NCBI GenBank assembly: GCA_030141605.1
Contig: JAQGDQ010001466.1
Location: forward strand, 1 to 39,533
Source: Tubiluchus corallicola
Lineage: Eukaryota > Animalia > Priapulida
Direction: 5' to 3'
DNA length: 39,533 nucleotides
Shown piece after piece: positions 11,337 through 23,822 of the stretch. The position numbers and the translations under genes were made by a program. Numbering within the stretch: the first letter of the stretch is position 1; each line of letters opens with the position of its first letter. The notes under the pieces are model-generated. The model was not told the DNA's origin and ran no database searches. It saw only the letters and a list, made by a program, of their open reading frames with translations.

Positions 11337-12046
11337 TCTGTATTTCAAACGAAAGGCCTCGATCTAGTGTCGTGCCATTGATGGTTTATTTTTGGAATCA
11401 GGCCTACCGGGAGGAAGGGGGGCGAAAAACCTCCAAAAATGGCCATTTTCGGCCGTTTTTTGCAAAAGTTATACGGCTGAGATGTGGAGAACGGGAACGG
11501 GCCGAGGGGGGTGCTGGGTATGGATAGATAGCCCGTTCAGCGGTGGGTGTGGTAGGCATATTTAGAATTCCCAAGAGGGCCACGGGGTCCCGTAACGGGC
11601 GTTTTCCCGGACCCAACTCGCGATTTTTTCGAAATTTTGGCCAAACAGCATGCGGGAAAAACGTTCTAGTGGCGCCCGGTGGGACTCTCGGAAGGAGATA
11701 TACGGCTCATCAGAAAGAGGAAGAACAGGGCTACACGATGATGTGGGCTACATTTTAGGATACGTCCACCAAGAGGAGTACTGGCGAGTTAATTACATGT
11801 TCTATTTCCCGCAATTTTCGCTTAGAAAACTGCTGACGCAATGCCATTGTTGTGACGTCATCCATTGTACTCTGTCTACAACTTTAATTCAGTAAACGCT
11901 GCTACAGGCTTTGCGTTAGATAAACAGACAAACAGTAGGCAGGATGTTACGGGCTTTGTGTTATAAATGAGGATTAGGTAGGATGCTCGCGTATTATTGA
12001 TTTTACGTGTATTTATACGCAATTTTTTTTGCGGGGCCTTTGCTAG
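11337..12046 (+). mobile_element. Non-autonomous Helitron, 5'-truncated copy
   Basis: Aligns along its length with 12070-12814. Ends in a cgcaa..ttgcg hairpin, then gggcctttg CTAG (12043-12046) followed by T. Confidence 0.72.
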
Positions 12047-12069
12047 TCTATACATTAATATTCTTGGTA

Positions 12070-12814
12070 TCCTAATATATAAGATTCGAGGCTACAGCTT
12101 CGACGAGGGCACCATTTGCGGCGATCTATACATCAAACGAAAGGTCTCGATCTGGTGTCGTGCCATTGGGGGTTTATTTTTCGAATCGGGCCCACCGCGA
12201 GGAACGGTGGGGGGGGGGGCGAAAAACCTCCCAAAATGGCCATTTTTCGGCCGTTTTTTGCAAAAGTTATACGCCTGAGATGTGGAAAACGGGAACGGGC
12301 CGAGGGTGGTACTGGGCATGGATAGATAGCCCGTTCAGCGATGGGTGTCATAGGTATATTTAGAATTCACGAGAGGGCCACAGCGTCGCGTAACGGGCGT
12401 TTTCCCGGACCCAATTCGCGATTTTTTCGAAATTTTACTCAAACAGCATGCGGAAAAAACGTTCTAGCGGCGCCTGGTGGGACTCTCGGAAGGAGGTATA
12501 TAGCTCTTGGGAAAGAGGAAGAACAGGGCTACACGATGATGTAGGCTACATGTTAGGGCAGGTCCACCGAAAGGAGTATTGGCGAGTTAATTACATGTTC
12601 TATTTTCGGCAATTTTCGCTTAGAAAACTGCTGACGAAATAACATTGTTCTGACGTCATCCATTGTACTCTGTCTATAATCTTATAACTTTAATTCAGCA
12701 AAAAGCTGTTGCTGCTACAGGCTTTGCGTTATAAATGAGGACTGTGTAGGATGTTCGCGTATTATTGATTATACGTGGTTTTTTACGCAAAATCTTTTGT
12801 GGGGCCTTTGCTAG
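12070..12814 (+). mobile_element. Non-autonomous Helitron, apparently full length (745 bp)
   Basis: A|TC 5' end (tcctaatatataag), subterminal hairpin cgcaaaa-tc-ttttgtg, CTAG|T 3' end, no TSD. These are canonical Helitron termini. Confidence 0.8.
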
Positions 12815-13942
12815 TATAATTATAAATTTTTCTTTGAAACAGTTATTTACAATCCGTATTTGTAGCGAGGATTTTAACAAAAACTCTTCAAAATTTTGTT
12901 TATTTTGTTAAACATTTAAATGGATGAAGGCCTAAGGTTAGGATTAGGAAAAACGGAGCATAAAAATTCGAACAATTTTCATTAATTTTACTAGATTTAA
13001 AATTTCAATCTACAATAATGTTTTACCCCCCCCCCCAAACAGACTAAAATTTGCGACATTTGTTATCGGCATTCTAATAGTTTTTCACGATTATTTTCTT
13101 TGCAAAATTTATGAAAATGTTATATTCATGAATGTTCCCTTCACTTAATATCTCTCTCAAATTCATAGATGGAATTCGGTTATGCAGTGACGCCCTGTCA
13201 TCTTCCTTTATCAGTCTGCAGCAAAATGTTCAGAAGTTTGATGTTCTCTGTGGTCACAGTCACATCTGCCATATAAGCTTTCATCCCTCTGATGATCAGA
13301 AAATCTAGTTGCTTTATTTAAAAGTAAATTATTTGCCGTCGTCTCAACGAGCCCTACCCCTTTATTCAGTGAAAGATCAAGAGGTGTAATCTGTACTTTT
13401 ATCGCAAATTATTTTAAGGGCAAATTACCCAATTACCCATATTATTATTTTTATTTTTTCCGCATGAGGGACCCAAAAACTAAAGGGGACAATTGGGCAA
13501 TTGCTGGCAGAGTTGACTGGTTATTGCAGAGACTAACTTGTAATTGGAGGATAATGCAATTTTTATATGAGAAATTTAATGTCATGCTTCATAAACCATA
13601 AACAGTGTGCTCTCTCTAGCTGAATGAAGTAAGTGATTTTTGTAAATCTAAGTTTATTAATTAGATAGCAATTTTCTGTGTAATTATTTTGTTCAAATTT
13701 CAGTAGTTTATTCAAATTGCATTACTGAAAATTTTATGTATTTTTTTCTCCTTTAGAAAATAAAGACTGCAGTAAACACCTTATGAAAAGAGCTGTCGTG
13801 TTTTGCTGTGTTAACAGTAACTGTGCTCGATTCCTCAGTCTATTTGATCATATCTTCAACAGGTACGCTGTAATATAGGTTTTGCATAAACCATCATGTG
13901 CATGGGCACATCGCGTAATGATTACAGTAACAAGTTCCTTAA

Positions 13943-14345
13943 AGGAAGACAGGATGATTTTTCGTATACTATCCCATTTTCAGGTACGGTAAAAATTTAC
14001 ATTTCAACACAATTAATACTAGAAAAGCGTTTCTGACAGTTAAATAATCGATTAAAATTTTAATCAAAGGCAGGCGACCGCAAGTATTGATGACATCACA
14101 AACTAACATAATTTTCAACAGCGAAAATATTCCATGAGCGTGTAGAAAAACTAGGCAAGTTTTAAGATAAAAATTCAAATTTCAAATTTACCGCTGTGCT
14201 CACACATGAGCTAGTGATCGTGTGTATTTCGTTACAAACGAACACATCTGAAACTGGGAGGTACAGCACCTATTTTTGTGCAATGTGTTTCCGAAATGCA
14301 GGCGCTAGCGCCGTCTAACTAACGAAATGCATGTAACAGCGAAGA
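13943..14345 (+). mobile_element. Interspersed repeat fragment starting with a TTAA-AGG (Kolobok-like) terminus; related to 27570-27800 (inverted)
   Basis: ttaa-aggaagacagg at 13939. Segment 14130-14345 (aggtacagcacctatttttgtgcaatgtgtttccgaaatgcaggcgctagcgccgtctaacta) matches the reverse complement of 27570-27800. Confidence 0.55.
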
Positions 14346-14505
14346 ACTGGTGGCGCGAACGGGAAATTATGTTTACGTGGTAATAATTGTTTCAGGTAAG
14401 TCATTTTTGAAAAAATAATATGTCTCTTTCAATATTTTAAAGAGTAGATTGTCTTGACTTACAGTCTAAGATTGAGTTCCGGTTTTGCTTTTACGCTTTT
14501 CGTTT

Positions 14506-14965
14506 GCATTTAGTATTGAAGTCACGTTCTGTCACGTTACACAACAGCATTTAGTATTGAAGTCACGTTCTGTCACGTTACATAACAGCATTTAGTATTG
14601 AAGTCACGTTCTGTCACGTTACATAACAGCATTTATTATTGAAGTCACGTTCTGTCACGTTACACAACAGCATTCAGTATTGAAGTCACGTTATGTCACG
14701 TTACACAACAGCATTTAGTATTGAAGTCACGTTATGTCACGTTACACAACAGCATTTAGTATTGAAGTCACGTTCTGTCACGTTACACAACAGCATTTAG
14801 TATTGAAGTCACGTTCTGTCACGTTACACAACAGCATTTAGTATTGAAGTCACGTTCTGTCACGTTACACAACAGCATTCAGTATTGAAGTCACGTTATG
14901 TCACGTTACACAACAGCATTTAGTATTGAAGTCACGTTCAGTCACGTTACACAACAGCATTTAGT
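14506..14965. repeat. 41-bp minisatellite A, 11 copies
   Basis: Unit gcatttagtattgaagtcacgttctgtcacgttacacaaca. Confidence 0.97.
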
Positions 14966-15021
14966 GATCTCAGTAGCACAAATGTAAACTTTAAATTGCT
15001 TTAGTGAAATTAAATACAAGT

Positions 15022-15467
15022 TTTGGTGCACACTTGGATAGTTAACCAGTGACGTTTTTTGGTGCACACTTGGATAGTGAACCAGTGACGTTTTTGGTGC
15101 ACACTTGGATAGTGAACCAGTGACGTTTTTAGTGCACACTTGGATAGTGAAGCAGTGACGTTTTTTGGTGCACACTTGGATAGTGAACCAGTGACGTTTT
15201 TAGTGCACTCTTGGATAGTGAACCAGTGACGTTTTTGGTACACACTTGGATAGTGAACCAGTGACGTTTTTTGGTGCACTTGGATAGTGAACCAGTGACG
15301 TTTTTTAGTGCACTCTTGTATAGTGAACCAGTGACGTTTTTAGTGCACTCTTGGATAGTGAACCAGTGACGTTTTTGGTACACACTTGGATAGTCAACCA
15401 GTGACGTTTTTTGGCGCACACTTGGATAGTTAACCAGTGACGTTTTCGGTGCACACTTGGATAGTGA
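15022..15467. repeat. About 35-bp minisatellite B, 12-13 copies
   Basis: Unit ggtgcacacttggatagtgaaccagtgacgttttt with a variable T run. Confidence 0.96.
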
Positions 15468-15702
15468 GTGCAATGTGCAATGTGTTTCCGAAATGCAGGC
15501 GTTAGCGCCGTCTAACTAACGAAATGCATGTAACAGCGAAGAACTGGTGGCGCGAACGGGAAATTATGTTTACGTGGTAATAATTGTTTCAGGTAAGTCA
15601 TTTTTGAAAAAATAATATGTCTCTTTCAATATTTTAAAGAGTAGATTGTCTTGACTTACAGTCTAAGATTGAGTTCCGGTTTTGCTTTTACGCTTTTCGT
15701 TT

Positions 15703-16326
15703 GCATTTAGTATTGAAGTCACGTTCTGTCACGTTACACAACAGCATTTAGTATTGAAGTCACGTTCTGTCACGTTACATAACAGCATTTAGTATTGAAG
15801 TCACGTTCTGTCACGTTACACAACAGCATTTAGTATTGAAGTCACGTTCTGTCACGTTACACAACAGCATTTAGTATTGAAGTCACGTTCTGTCACGTTA
15901 CATAACAGCATTTAGTATTGAAGTCACGTTATGTCACGTTACACAACAGCATTTAGTATTGAAGTCACGTTCTGTCACGTTACACAACAGCATTTAGTAT
16001 TGAAGTCACGTTCTGTCACGTTACACAACAGCATTTAGTATTGAAGTCACGTTCTGTCACGTTACACAACAGCATTTAGTATTGAAGTCACGTTCTGTCA
16101 CGTTACACAACAGCATTTAGTATTGAAGTCACGTTCTGTCACGTTACATAACAGCATTTAGTATTGAAGTCACGTTCTGTCACGTTACACAACAGCATTT
16201 AGTATTGAAGTCACGTTCTGTCACGTTACACAACAGCATTTAGTATTGAAGTCACGTTCTGTCACGTTACACAACAGCATTTAGTATTGAAGTCACGTTC
16301 AGTCACGTTACACAACAGCATTTAGT
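15703..16326. repeat. 41-bp minisatellite A, 15 copies
   Basis: Same unit as 14506-14965. Confidence 0.97.
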
Positions 16327-16382
16327 GATCTCAGCAGCACAAATGTAAACTTTAAATTGCTTTAGTGAAATTAAATACAAGT

Positions 16383-16880
16383 TTTGGTGCACACTTGGAT
16401 AGTTAACCAGTGACGTTTTTTGGTGCACACTTGGATAGTGAACCAGTGACGTTTTTGGTGCACACTTGGATAGTGAACCAGTGACGTTTTTAGTGCACAC
16501 TTGGATAGTGAAGCAGTGACGTTTTTTGGTGCACACTTGGATAGTGAACCAGTGACGTTTTTAGTGCACTCTTGGATAGTGAACCAGTGACGTTTTTGGT
16601 ACACACTTGGATAGTGAACCAGTGACGTTTTTTGGTGCACTTGGATAGTGAACCAGTGACGTTTTTTAGTGCACTCTTGTATAATGAACCAGTGACGTTT
16701 TTAGTGCACTCTTGGATAGTGAACCAGTGACGTTTTTGGTACACACTTGGATAGTCAACCAGTGACTATTTTTGGCGCACACTTGGATAGTGAACTAGTG
16801 ACGCTTTCTCGTTCACACTTGGATAGTGAACCAGTGACGATTTTTGGTGCACTCTTGGATAGTGAACCAGTGACGTTTTA
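16383..16880. repeat. About 35-bp minisatellite B, about 14 copies
   Basis: Same unit and same order of variants as 15022-15467. Confidence 0.96.
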
Positions 16881-17142
16881 GCAGTTCGTGTAAACATATT
16901 AAGTTACAAAGATTATTTCATCCAGTCATATAAATCTTCAATTAAGCAGACAAGTGTAATGCCAAGTAAAATAACTGTGTATGCAAGGCTTTTTAGGGAC
17001 ATTTAATTGTGTTTTCTTCCAGTTTAATATAAATTAGTTAACCCCCAATAAAGCTTTATGCACATTATCACGTTTATTACTTTCAAAATTCCTATTTTGC
17101 GTGTGCATACCACGTGATTTGTGTCTTTGATAATACCTGTCA

Positions 17143-17691
17143 AACTGTTCGTGTTGAACTGCACCAGCGATGTTGATTCTGAATTGATTCACGTTTACAA
17201 CGACAGTTCATAGGTGGCAGCACCAACATCATTCAGAATACAAAAATCTAATAAGTTTAAACACCGACATCCCAGAGATGGAATTTGTTTATTGGCACAT
17301 TGCAGCCAGTTCACACACAAGATAATAATGAAATATTAATAATGACAACAACAACAACAACAACAACAACAAAAACAATAGTTCTCGTTAATATGAGATT
17401 TACACGATTCTCTGAGTTATGTACGTTGTACGATTGTAATAACAGCTTATAATGGCAGGATATGAAGGGGTAGAAAAAACTGTAGAAATGGAAAATTAGC
17501 AAGAAACGGCACGTTTAGTTTTAATACAAATGAAAACTTTCTAATTCGATTCTAATAAACTTACCAGGCTAACTGTGCGTGTTAAACTGCACCAGCGATG
17601 TTGATTCTGAATTGATTCACGTTTACAACGATTGTTCATAGGTGACAGCACCAACTTCCATTCAGAATCCAAAAATCTAATAAATTTAAAC
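17143..17691 (+). repeat. About 120-bp direct repeat pair (17143-17262 and 17571-17691)
   Basis: aactgcaccagcgatgttgattctgaattgattcacgtttacaacga...cattcagaat.caaaaatctaataa occurs twice. Confidence 0.9.
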
Positions 17692-19691
17692 TTATACAAG
17701 CCTTTGCTTCTCTAGCCCCACTGCAGTACAATTATTCTTTTGTGATAACGATAGTGTATGAAACATAACAATTTAATACAGTATGACGTAATAATTTTGA
17801 TGTCACTGTGTGCTTAATGTCATTATATTGTACTGAATGTGATAATAATAAACTAAAAAACTAAACTAGCTAAGTTATTTACGGTTTCGCACTACTTATA
17901 TAAAAACCAGAGCAGTCTCATTTAGGGTCTCTTGTCTGTATCTATAATCGCCTCTCTGATTTATATACCCACTTTTCATCCACATGGATGATTCCGAAAT
18001 AATAGTCGCTCTGGTAATGGTGTCTTCGACTATGGTACAGTCTGTTGTTGTAGTTTGGATTATTATCCATATTCTATGATTCGAAATAATGATCAGTTCT
18101 GTACCTACTTACAGGGTCTCTTGAACTAGAAACAGGGCACTTCTAAAACTGGAAACAGTTTGCGGTTTTCGTTAAAGTAATTTGCCTGCACTATGCCTGT
18201 CAAGCACACTGTACGAGTACAGAAACACGCACGTATGCACGCATATATCACGCACGTACGCACGCATATATCACGCACGTGTACACTTTGCGTAATTAGA
18301 TAAGTCTATGTGCTTCCGAAAGTTTCAAAATTACAGCTTAAGTGTTATGCGATTTGAATATTTTTACCATTGTTCTTTACACGGTGTATTTCTCTCAAAG
18401 CACATATTGGCAGTGATGAGCTGAAGCCTATAGAAAAGCAGACGAGTAGCGTTATTGCATCTGACACAGTAACACTGCCGTATAAAAATAAAGGGCAGTG
18501 ACTACAATATATCTTACTTTTGAGAAAAATGCAATTAAAGCTTGTAATGCCGCAAATAATTATGCCACTAATAAAGAAGAAATTCTCAGCAGGACATGAG
18601 CGTATAGTTGACTGCTATTGTACCAAAACACAAGTCAAGTCGTTTATTTGTAAGTAGAATTAAAACAATCCAACCTACTGCTTGGCAAGTAGGCCCACTT
18701 TTCCTACTTTTACGCCCATGTAAGCTGGAAGTTAAGCCATAAATGTATACAAAAGATACCACAATTTAGTAGTCTGCAGTAAAAATGAAATGTGTTAAAG
18801 AAGTAATGAAACTGCTTTTATTTCTGTACAGTGAGGTGTCATAAGTGCAAATACTGATAGCACTCTGGACAGTTAGTAGTGTGAAAGTCATGCTTAAAGT
18901 TGTAGATCACTCACTTTGTAGAACAAGAATAAAAAACTATACTACATATTTGCACAGAAAAGTGTTTATTAAACTACAGACACATAAGTAGAATGACTGC
19001 TGCACTGAACACTGAGAATGAGAGTATCCTGCACTGAACACTGAGAGTTAGACAGTCATTAGAAAGAAAAACCAGGCAGTATATATAGGTACAGGTGACT
19101 TATGCAGACAGTCTTCACAAAAACCATTACATTAAAATAGGGAGAGATCCATGCATTCACTGGACCGTACAATTATACTGGGGGTAAGTAGCTGGTAGAG
19201 TAACAGGATTAGTTCATAGATGGCAGCACAAAAATGTACAATTACAACTTCCACAAGTACCTTTAATTCTGCAATGGGGCTCGTTTTTGCATACATTGTC
19301 ATGAGAGGTTATTTATGGCACAAAAACTACTGTTTAGAATCAAATTTCGTTATAATAGCATGAAAAAGCGCCATCTATTTGGCAAAAATGTATCAAAATC
19401 AGAATTTTGTTAAAATTGTAGTTACTGCTCTTTATCTTTGCACAGCAGAATACTGCTGATGGATATTTTAATGCGGTTTAATTTAGAAATTTCTTTAGCC
19501 GTAGATTAAACTTGTTACTAGTTAAACAACTGCGAGTGAATGTTAACTCTATACAAAATTTGTGGTAAACAATCAAATTTAATGGAAATGAACCACACTA
19601 TTAATAATACTGAATAATACGACAAGATCCAAAAGAATCTTCATAAAGATGTGCGCATGTTTCTGTTATGTAGGATTAAAAACTGCAAAAC

Positions 19692-19912
19692 AATGTAATG
19701 CAACGCAATGTAATGTAATGTAATGTAATGTAACGTAACGCAACGTAACGTAACGTAATGTAACGTAACGTAACGTAACGTAACGTAACGTAACGTAACG
19801 TAACGTAATGTAACGTAATGTAATGTAACGTAACTTAATGTAACGTAATGTAAAATTTATTTACATAGCGCATTACATCATTTAAAATCTCAACTCGCTG
19901 AACAATAAAACG
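19692..19912 (-). repeat. (GTAAC/GTAAT)n microsatellite, probably the tail of an L2-like 3' end on the minus strand
   Basis: Pentamer array 19692-19852 followed by tttatttacatagcgc...ctcaactcgctgaaca, resembling a reversed L2-type 3' terminus. The microsatellite is certain; the L2 call is tentative. Confidence 0.7.
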
Positions 19913-20856
19913 CATTTAAAATTTATAAGAAACATAAAATTTAAAAGGCATTAAAATTATAAATAATTAATTTATTGTCAGACAATTGATGAAATTAAGG
20001 TGCCTCATTCATGGTACGGCACCTATGTTTCTTAAACAAATCAACTCTTTTCAAATGTTTTCCGCCTGCAATTTTCTCAAGTTTTTCGTTCTTACCGCTT
20101 TATTTGTTGCTCTGTTGATGTTGAGATTTCTGAAAACTTTTTAATGACTTGAACAGGGAAATTATATTTGCGAATGTATGAAAGCTGAAATTTAATAAGA
20201 AAACGTTATAATGTGACGCAAAATTTAACGAGTAACATTAAGTTTGCAGATCTAATATCAGTGAACTCGAAATTATGAAGTTATGCGAAACACGATTAAA
20301 CGAAATCTAAAAGTAGGTCCAGTCCCACAAAGGCTGACCAAAGCACAAAAACGATTTGCTTGTTTCCGCCAGAGGGCTTTTGAATTTTAGGAAGCGATAG
20401 GCAGTGAAAGTTATTTTGTTAAATTTGTCTAAAGAAATACTCGAAAGACGAAACACTACAATTTATTACGGTAAGCAAGCTTATAGGACTTTCAATTTGA
20501 TGAATGACCTAGTTGACATAGTAGCAATAGTATTAGTAGTGGATTTATAGAGCAAAATTTTTTATACAAACAATGTATTAACGGAGTAATTATAGGCAAC
20601 TGTTTCAGCGTTTTGCAAGACACCAAGAATAGCATCTTGTAGCTAATTTGCTAATAGTTTATGGGCATAGTAAACCAGCAAGCAGTTTATTACATTAAAT
20701 AGTTTCATACTGCACTATGGAAGAAAGTTTTAGACAGTTCGAATATTAGAATAATGCTTTTTCGTTTAAAATATTAAAATTGTTCGTGGCCTCAAGGATG
20801 AAATCTTTTTTGGAGAAATTGTTAAACTCGTTTCGTTTATGGACTACAAATCAGAC

Positions 20857-21027
20857 ACATGACGAAATGAAGACATGACGAAATGAATACATGACGTAAT
20901 GAATACATGACGTAATGAATACATGACGAAATGAACACATGACGAAATGAATACATGACGTAATGAATACATGACGTAAAGAATACATGACGTAATGAAT
21001 ACGTGACGAAATGAACACATGACGAAA
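20857..21027. repeat. 16-bp minisatellite, 10-11 copies
   Basis: Unit acatgacgWaatgaat. Confidence 0.95.
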
Positions 21028-21892
21028 GGAAAAGTACAGAAGAACAGCTATTTTATTATTTATTTATTTTCTTCTTTATTTCAACTCGTAAACATAGTCT
21101 TAAGCCATAAAAATACATTAACTACTAAACAATTAATTATAAAAACATAAACTTACAATATACAGAAAAAATAAGAAGAGAGTTAGCTAAATATTTACAA
21201 AACCGACATACATTAAAACTACATTAAAAATACACTCCAATGAGCAAAAGTTTTGGCGCATTTAAAAACATCTCTATTGTAAATTACGTGTTTTTATAAA
21301 CTCTTACAAAAGTTTAAAACACGACATCTAAGATTATATGTACTTTTACAGAAAATAAATTTGATTAATATCAATTTCTACACAGACTGTAGAAGCTCGT
21401 GTACCGTATCTATATTTTGAAGAATTTTACCATAACTGTGTAGTAAGCAGACTGTAGATTGTTAAAGTTGTACAAGTTATAAGTCAAATCACTGTTTCCC
21501 GGTTAAATGGATAATCAGAATCATATAGAGTTTTACAGTTGACTCTGATTTCACAGAATCAGCAACAGTTAAGTATCATCGTTAGCAAGCAGCTATCATC
21601 GTTAGCAAGCAGCTATCACCTACGTCACAACTATGTTGATTGATTTCTTTTCTGCAAGCAAACACACTGTTTCAAACAAACTGTTCATTGTCAAAGCATC
21701 AAAAACAAAGAAATTTACCAGAATTTAGAAACAACGCCAAATACAATTCAGTAGTGAATATTATATAGTTAATATATAGAAATATAGATGATTTAACACT
21801 TATATTATATAATTATTATTAATATTATTGTGTAATATAATATACAATAATATATTATATATCCTTTGGCTACTAATTACTGAATTGTATTT

Positions 21893-22498
21893 CGTTATGT
21901 TATGTTATGTTATGTTATGTTATGTTATGTTATGTTATGTTATGTTATGTTATGTTATGTTATGTTATGTTATGTTATGTTATGTTATGTTATGTTATGT
22001 TATGTTATGTTATGTTATGTTATGTTATGTTATGTTATGTTATGTTATGTTATGTTATGTTATGTTATGTTATGTTATGTTATGTTATGTTATGTTATGT
22101 TATGTTATGTTATGTTAGGTTATGTAATGTCATGTTATGTCACGTTATGTTATGTTAGGTTATGTAATGTTACGTTACGTTACGTTATGTTATGTTATGT
22201 TACGTCATGTTACGCTATGTTGTGTCATGTTATGTCACGTTATCTCATGTCATGTCATGTTAAGTCATACTAGGTTACGTTATGTTATGTTATGTTAGGT
22301 TATGTAATGTAATGTAATGTAATGTAATGTTATGTTATGTTATGTTACGTTACGTTACGTTACGTTACGTTACGTTACGTCACGTCACGTCACGTCACGT
22401 CACGTCACGTCACGTCACGTCACGTCACGTCACGTCACGTCATGTCACGTCACGTCATGTTATGTTACTCTACGTTACATTACATTATATTACATTAT
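21893..22498. repeat. Compound pentanucleotide microsatellite (GTTAT)n/(GTAAT)/(GTTAC)n/(GTCAC)n
   Basis: Directly visible; explains the MLCYV and VTSRH ORFs. Confidence 0.97.
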
Positions 22499-23144
22499 AT
22501 GGGCTGAAGAGTACATGAATTAAACATTTAACATGAAACTAAAAAAATTGGTACCTAAGTAGGTGTTGGCTATTAATTTTATTTCAAGAATTTGTTTTCC
22601 TCATCACCAATAGCAAGAAACGTTTAATAACCTTATGATAAATTTTCGATGCTGCCTATGTTCTCACAAAAGCAAAATTATAGACATTTTAAAAACCCCA
22701 AAAAACTTGTTTAACGCTTCTAATTGCATGAAAACGAAATTGCCCTGTATCTACCACACTACGTCACACTACGTCACGTTTACGTCACACTACCCGCTCC
22801 ATTTTCCCACATTTCAGTAGGTCATGAAGAAATCATTTCATTAACGCGGAACTTGACTTTGGACTGAATTAGTTAAACTTCACAAACGGTTTCAGATTTA
22901 GTTAAAATGAGGTCTCGCTTTTAGTCAGCTTCTGTCTTGAATGGATTCAAGTCGGCTTTATCCGTGTGTTTAAGATTAACGTAGTCGATAATTTTCCTAT
23001 CATGTTTTGCATCTTGCTTCCGCTTGTAGTACTCACTCCGATTAAACAAAAGTGAGATATTGTCAGGCGATAGTTCCCGTGTAACAGCAAGACAATCATG
23101 AGAGAGTTTCGTAAGTTCACGTGGCAAACAATCATGATTTTTAA

Positions 23145-23613
23145 AAGAAAATCGTACGATAGATTAAACTCAATCTTATTTTAATTTGATGTCCAAAATA
23201 TGCATGTTCATGCCTATAAAAGTTAGCAATTGTTTCTTATATTTAAGAATAACTAGGTTGGAAAGTTTGTTAACGGCAATCGAAAATAGTTATCGTTTAC
23301 GTCACAAACTAGCCAAATTTGTGCAATAGTAGGCATCTTTCCTTGCGAGTCAAGTAAGTTCGCGTAAGCGAAGATTCTATAAGACGCAGATATGATGTCA
23401 CGAAAATGTGCTTTACTTCACAAACGAACGTTGCCGTTCATGATGGTGCTTATCACGGTACCGCGCCTATTTGTCGACCAGGCGCCATTTAAAATTATCT
23501 CAGGAAAGCATTATTTAACCTAAGCTTTGATTCGAAAAATGCTTTTGTAGTTTTCAATGTTTCTGAGCATACTTTATTCTGAACTAATGTTTACACAATT
23601 GTCCGGTTTTCCT
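23145..23613 (+). mobile_element. TTAA-flanked Kolobok-like MITE (older, diverged copy)
   Basis: TTAA 23141-23144, then aagaaaatcgtacgat...gtccggttttcct, then TTAA 23614-23617. Colinear similarity with 33915-34441. Confidence 0.75.
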
Positions 23614-23620
23614 TTAAGCT

Positions 23621-23822
23621 TGTTTCTAGTAAATCTTACAAGCGTTTCCGTGGCGAAGAGGTAAGAGTTTTAAGGTCATGTTTGGCGCAATATTGGACGA
23701 GAACTCAGCCTGTTTCTAGTAAATCTTACAAGCGTTTCCATGGCAAAGAGGTAAGAGTTTTAAGGTCATGTTTGGCGCTATATTGGACGAGGACTCAGCC
23801 TGTTTCTAGTAAATCTTACAAG
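23621..23822. repeat. 90-bp tandem repeat, about 2.25 copies
   Basis: tgtttctagtaaatcttacaag recurs at 23621, 23711 and 23801. Confidence 0.93.

Larger units (their letters stand above)
14278..16880 (+). repeat. Recent tandem duplication (offset 1197 bp) of a unique leader plus two minisatellite arrays
   Basis: Unit 1 is 14278-15467 and unit 2 is 15475-~16880; leaders and inter-array linkers are nearly identical. Confidence 0.93.

Noticed and set aside
11165-12880. Cluster of short ORFs in the GC-richer region
   Set aside because: They lie in the Helitron copies; reading frames are not preserved between copies and no Rep or helicase motifs are present.
14506-16880. CRISPR-like appearance of the 41-bp and 35-bp arrays (also the 27- and 39-bp arrays)
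   Set aside because: Units abut directly with no unique spacers, there are no cas genes, and the context is eukaryotic. These are minisatellites.
18225-19050. Short local duplications (23 bp near 18226, 29 bp near 19000; similar ones near 21575, 27940 and 31155)
   Set aside because: Ordinary slippage duplications with no further structure.
23642-23680. tRNA-like A box in the 90-bp repeat (gtggcgaagaggtaag)
   Set aside because: No B box or cloverleaf follows; too weak to call.
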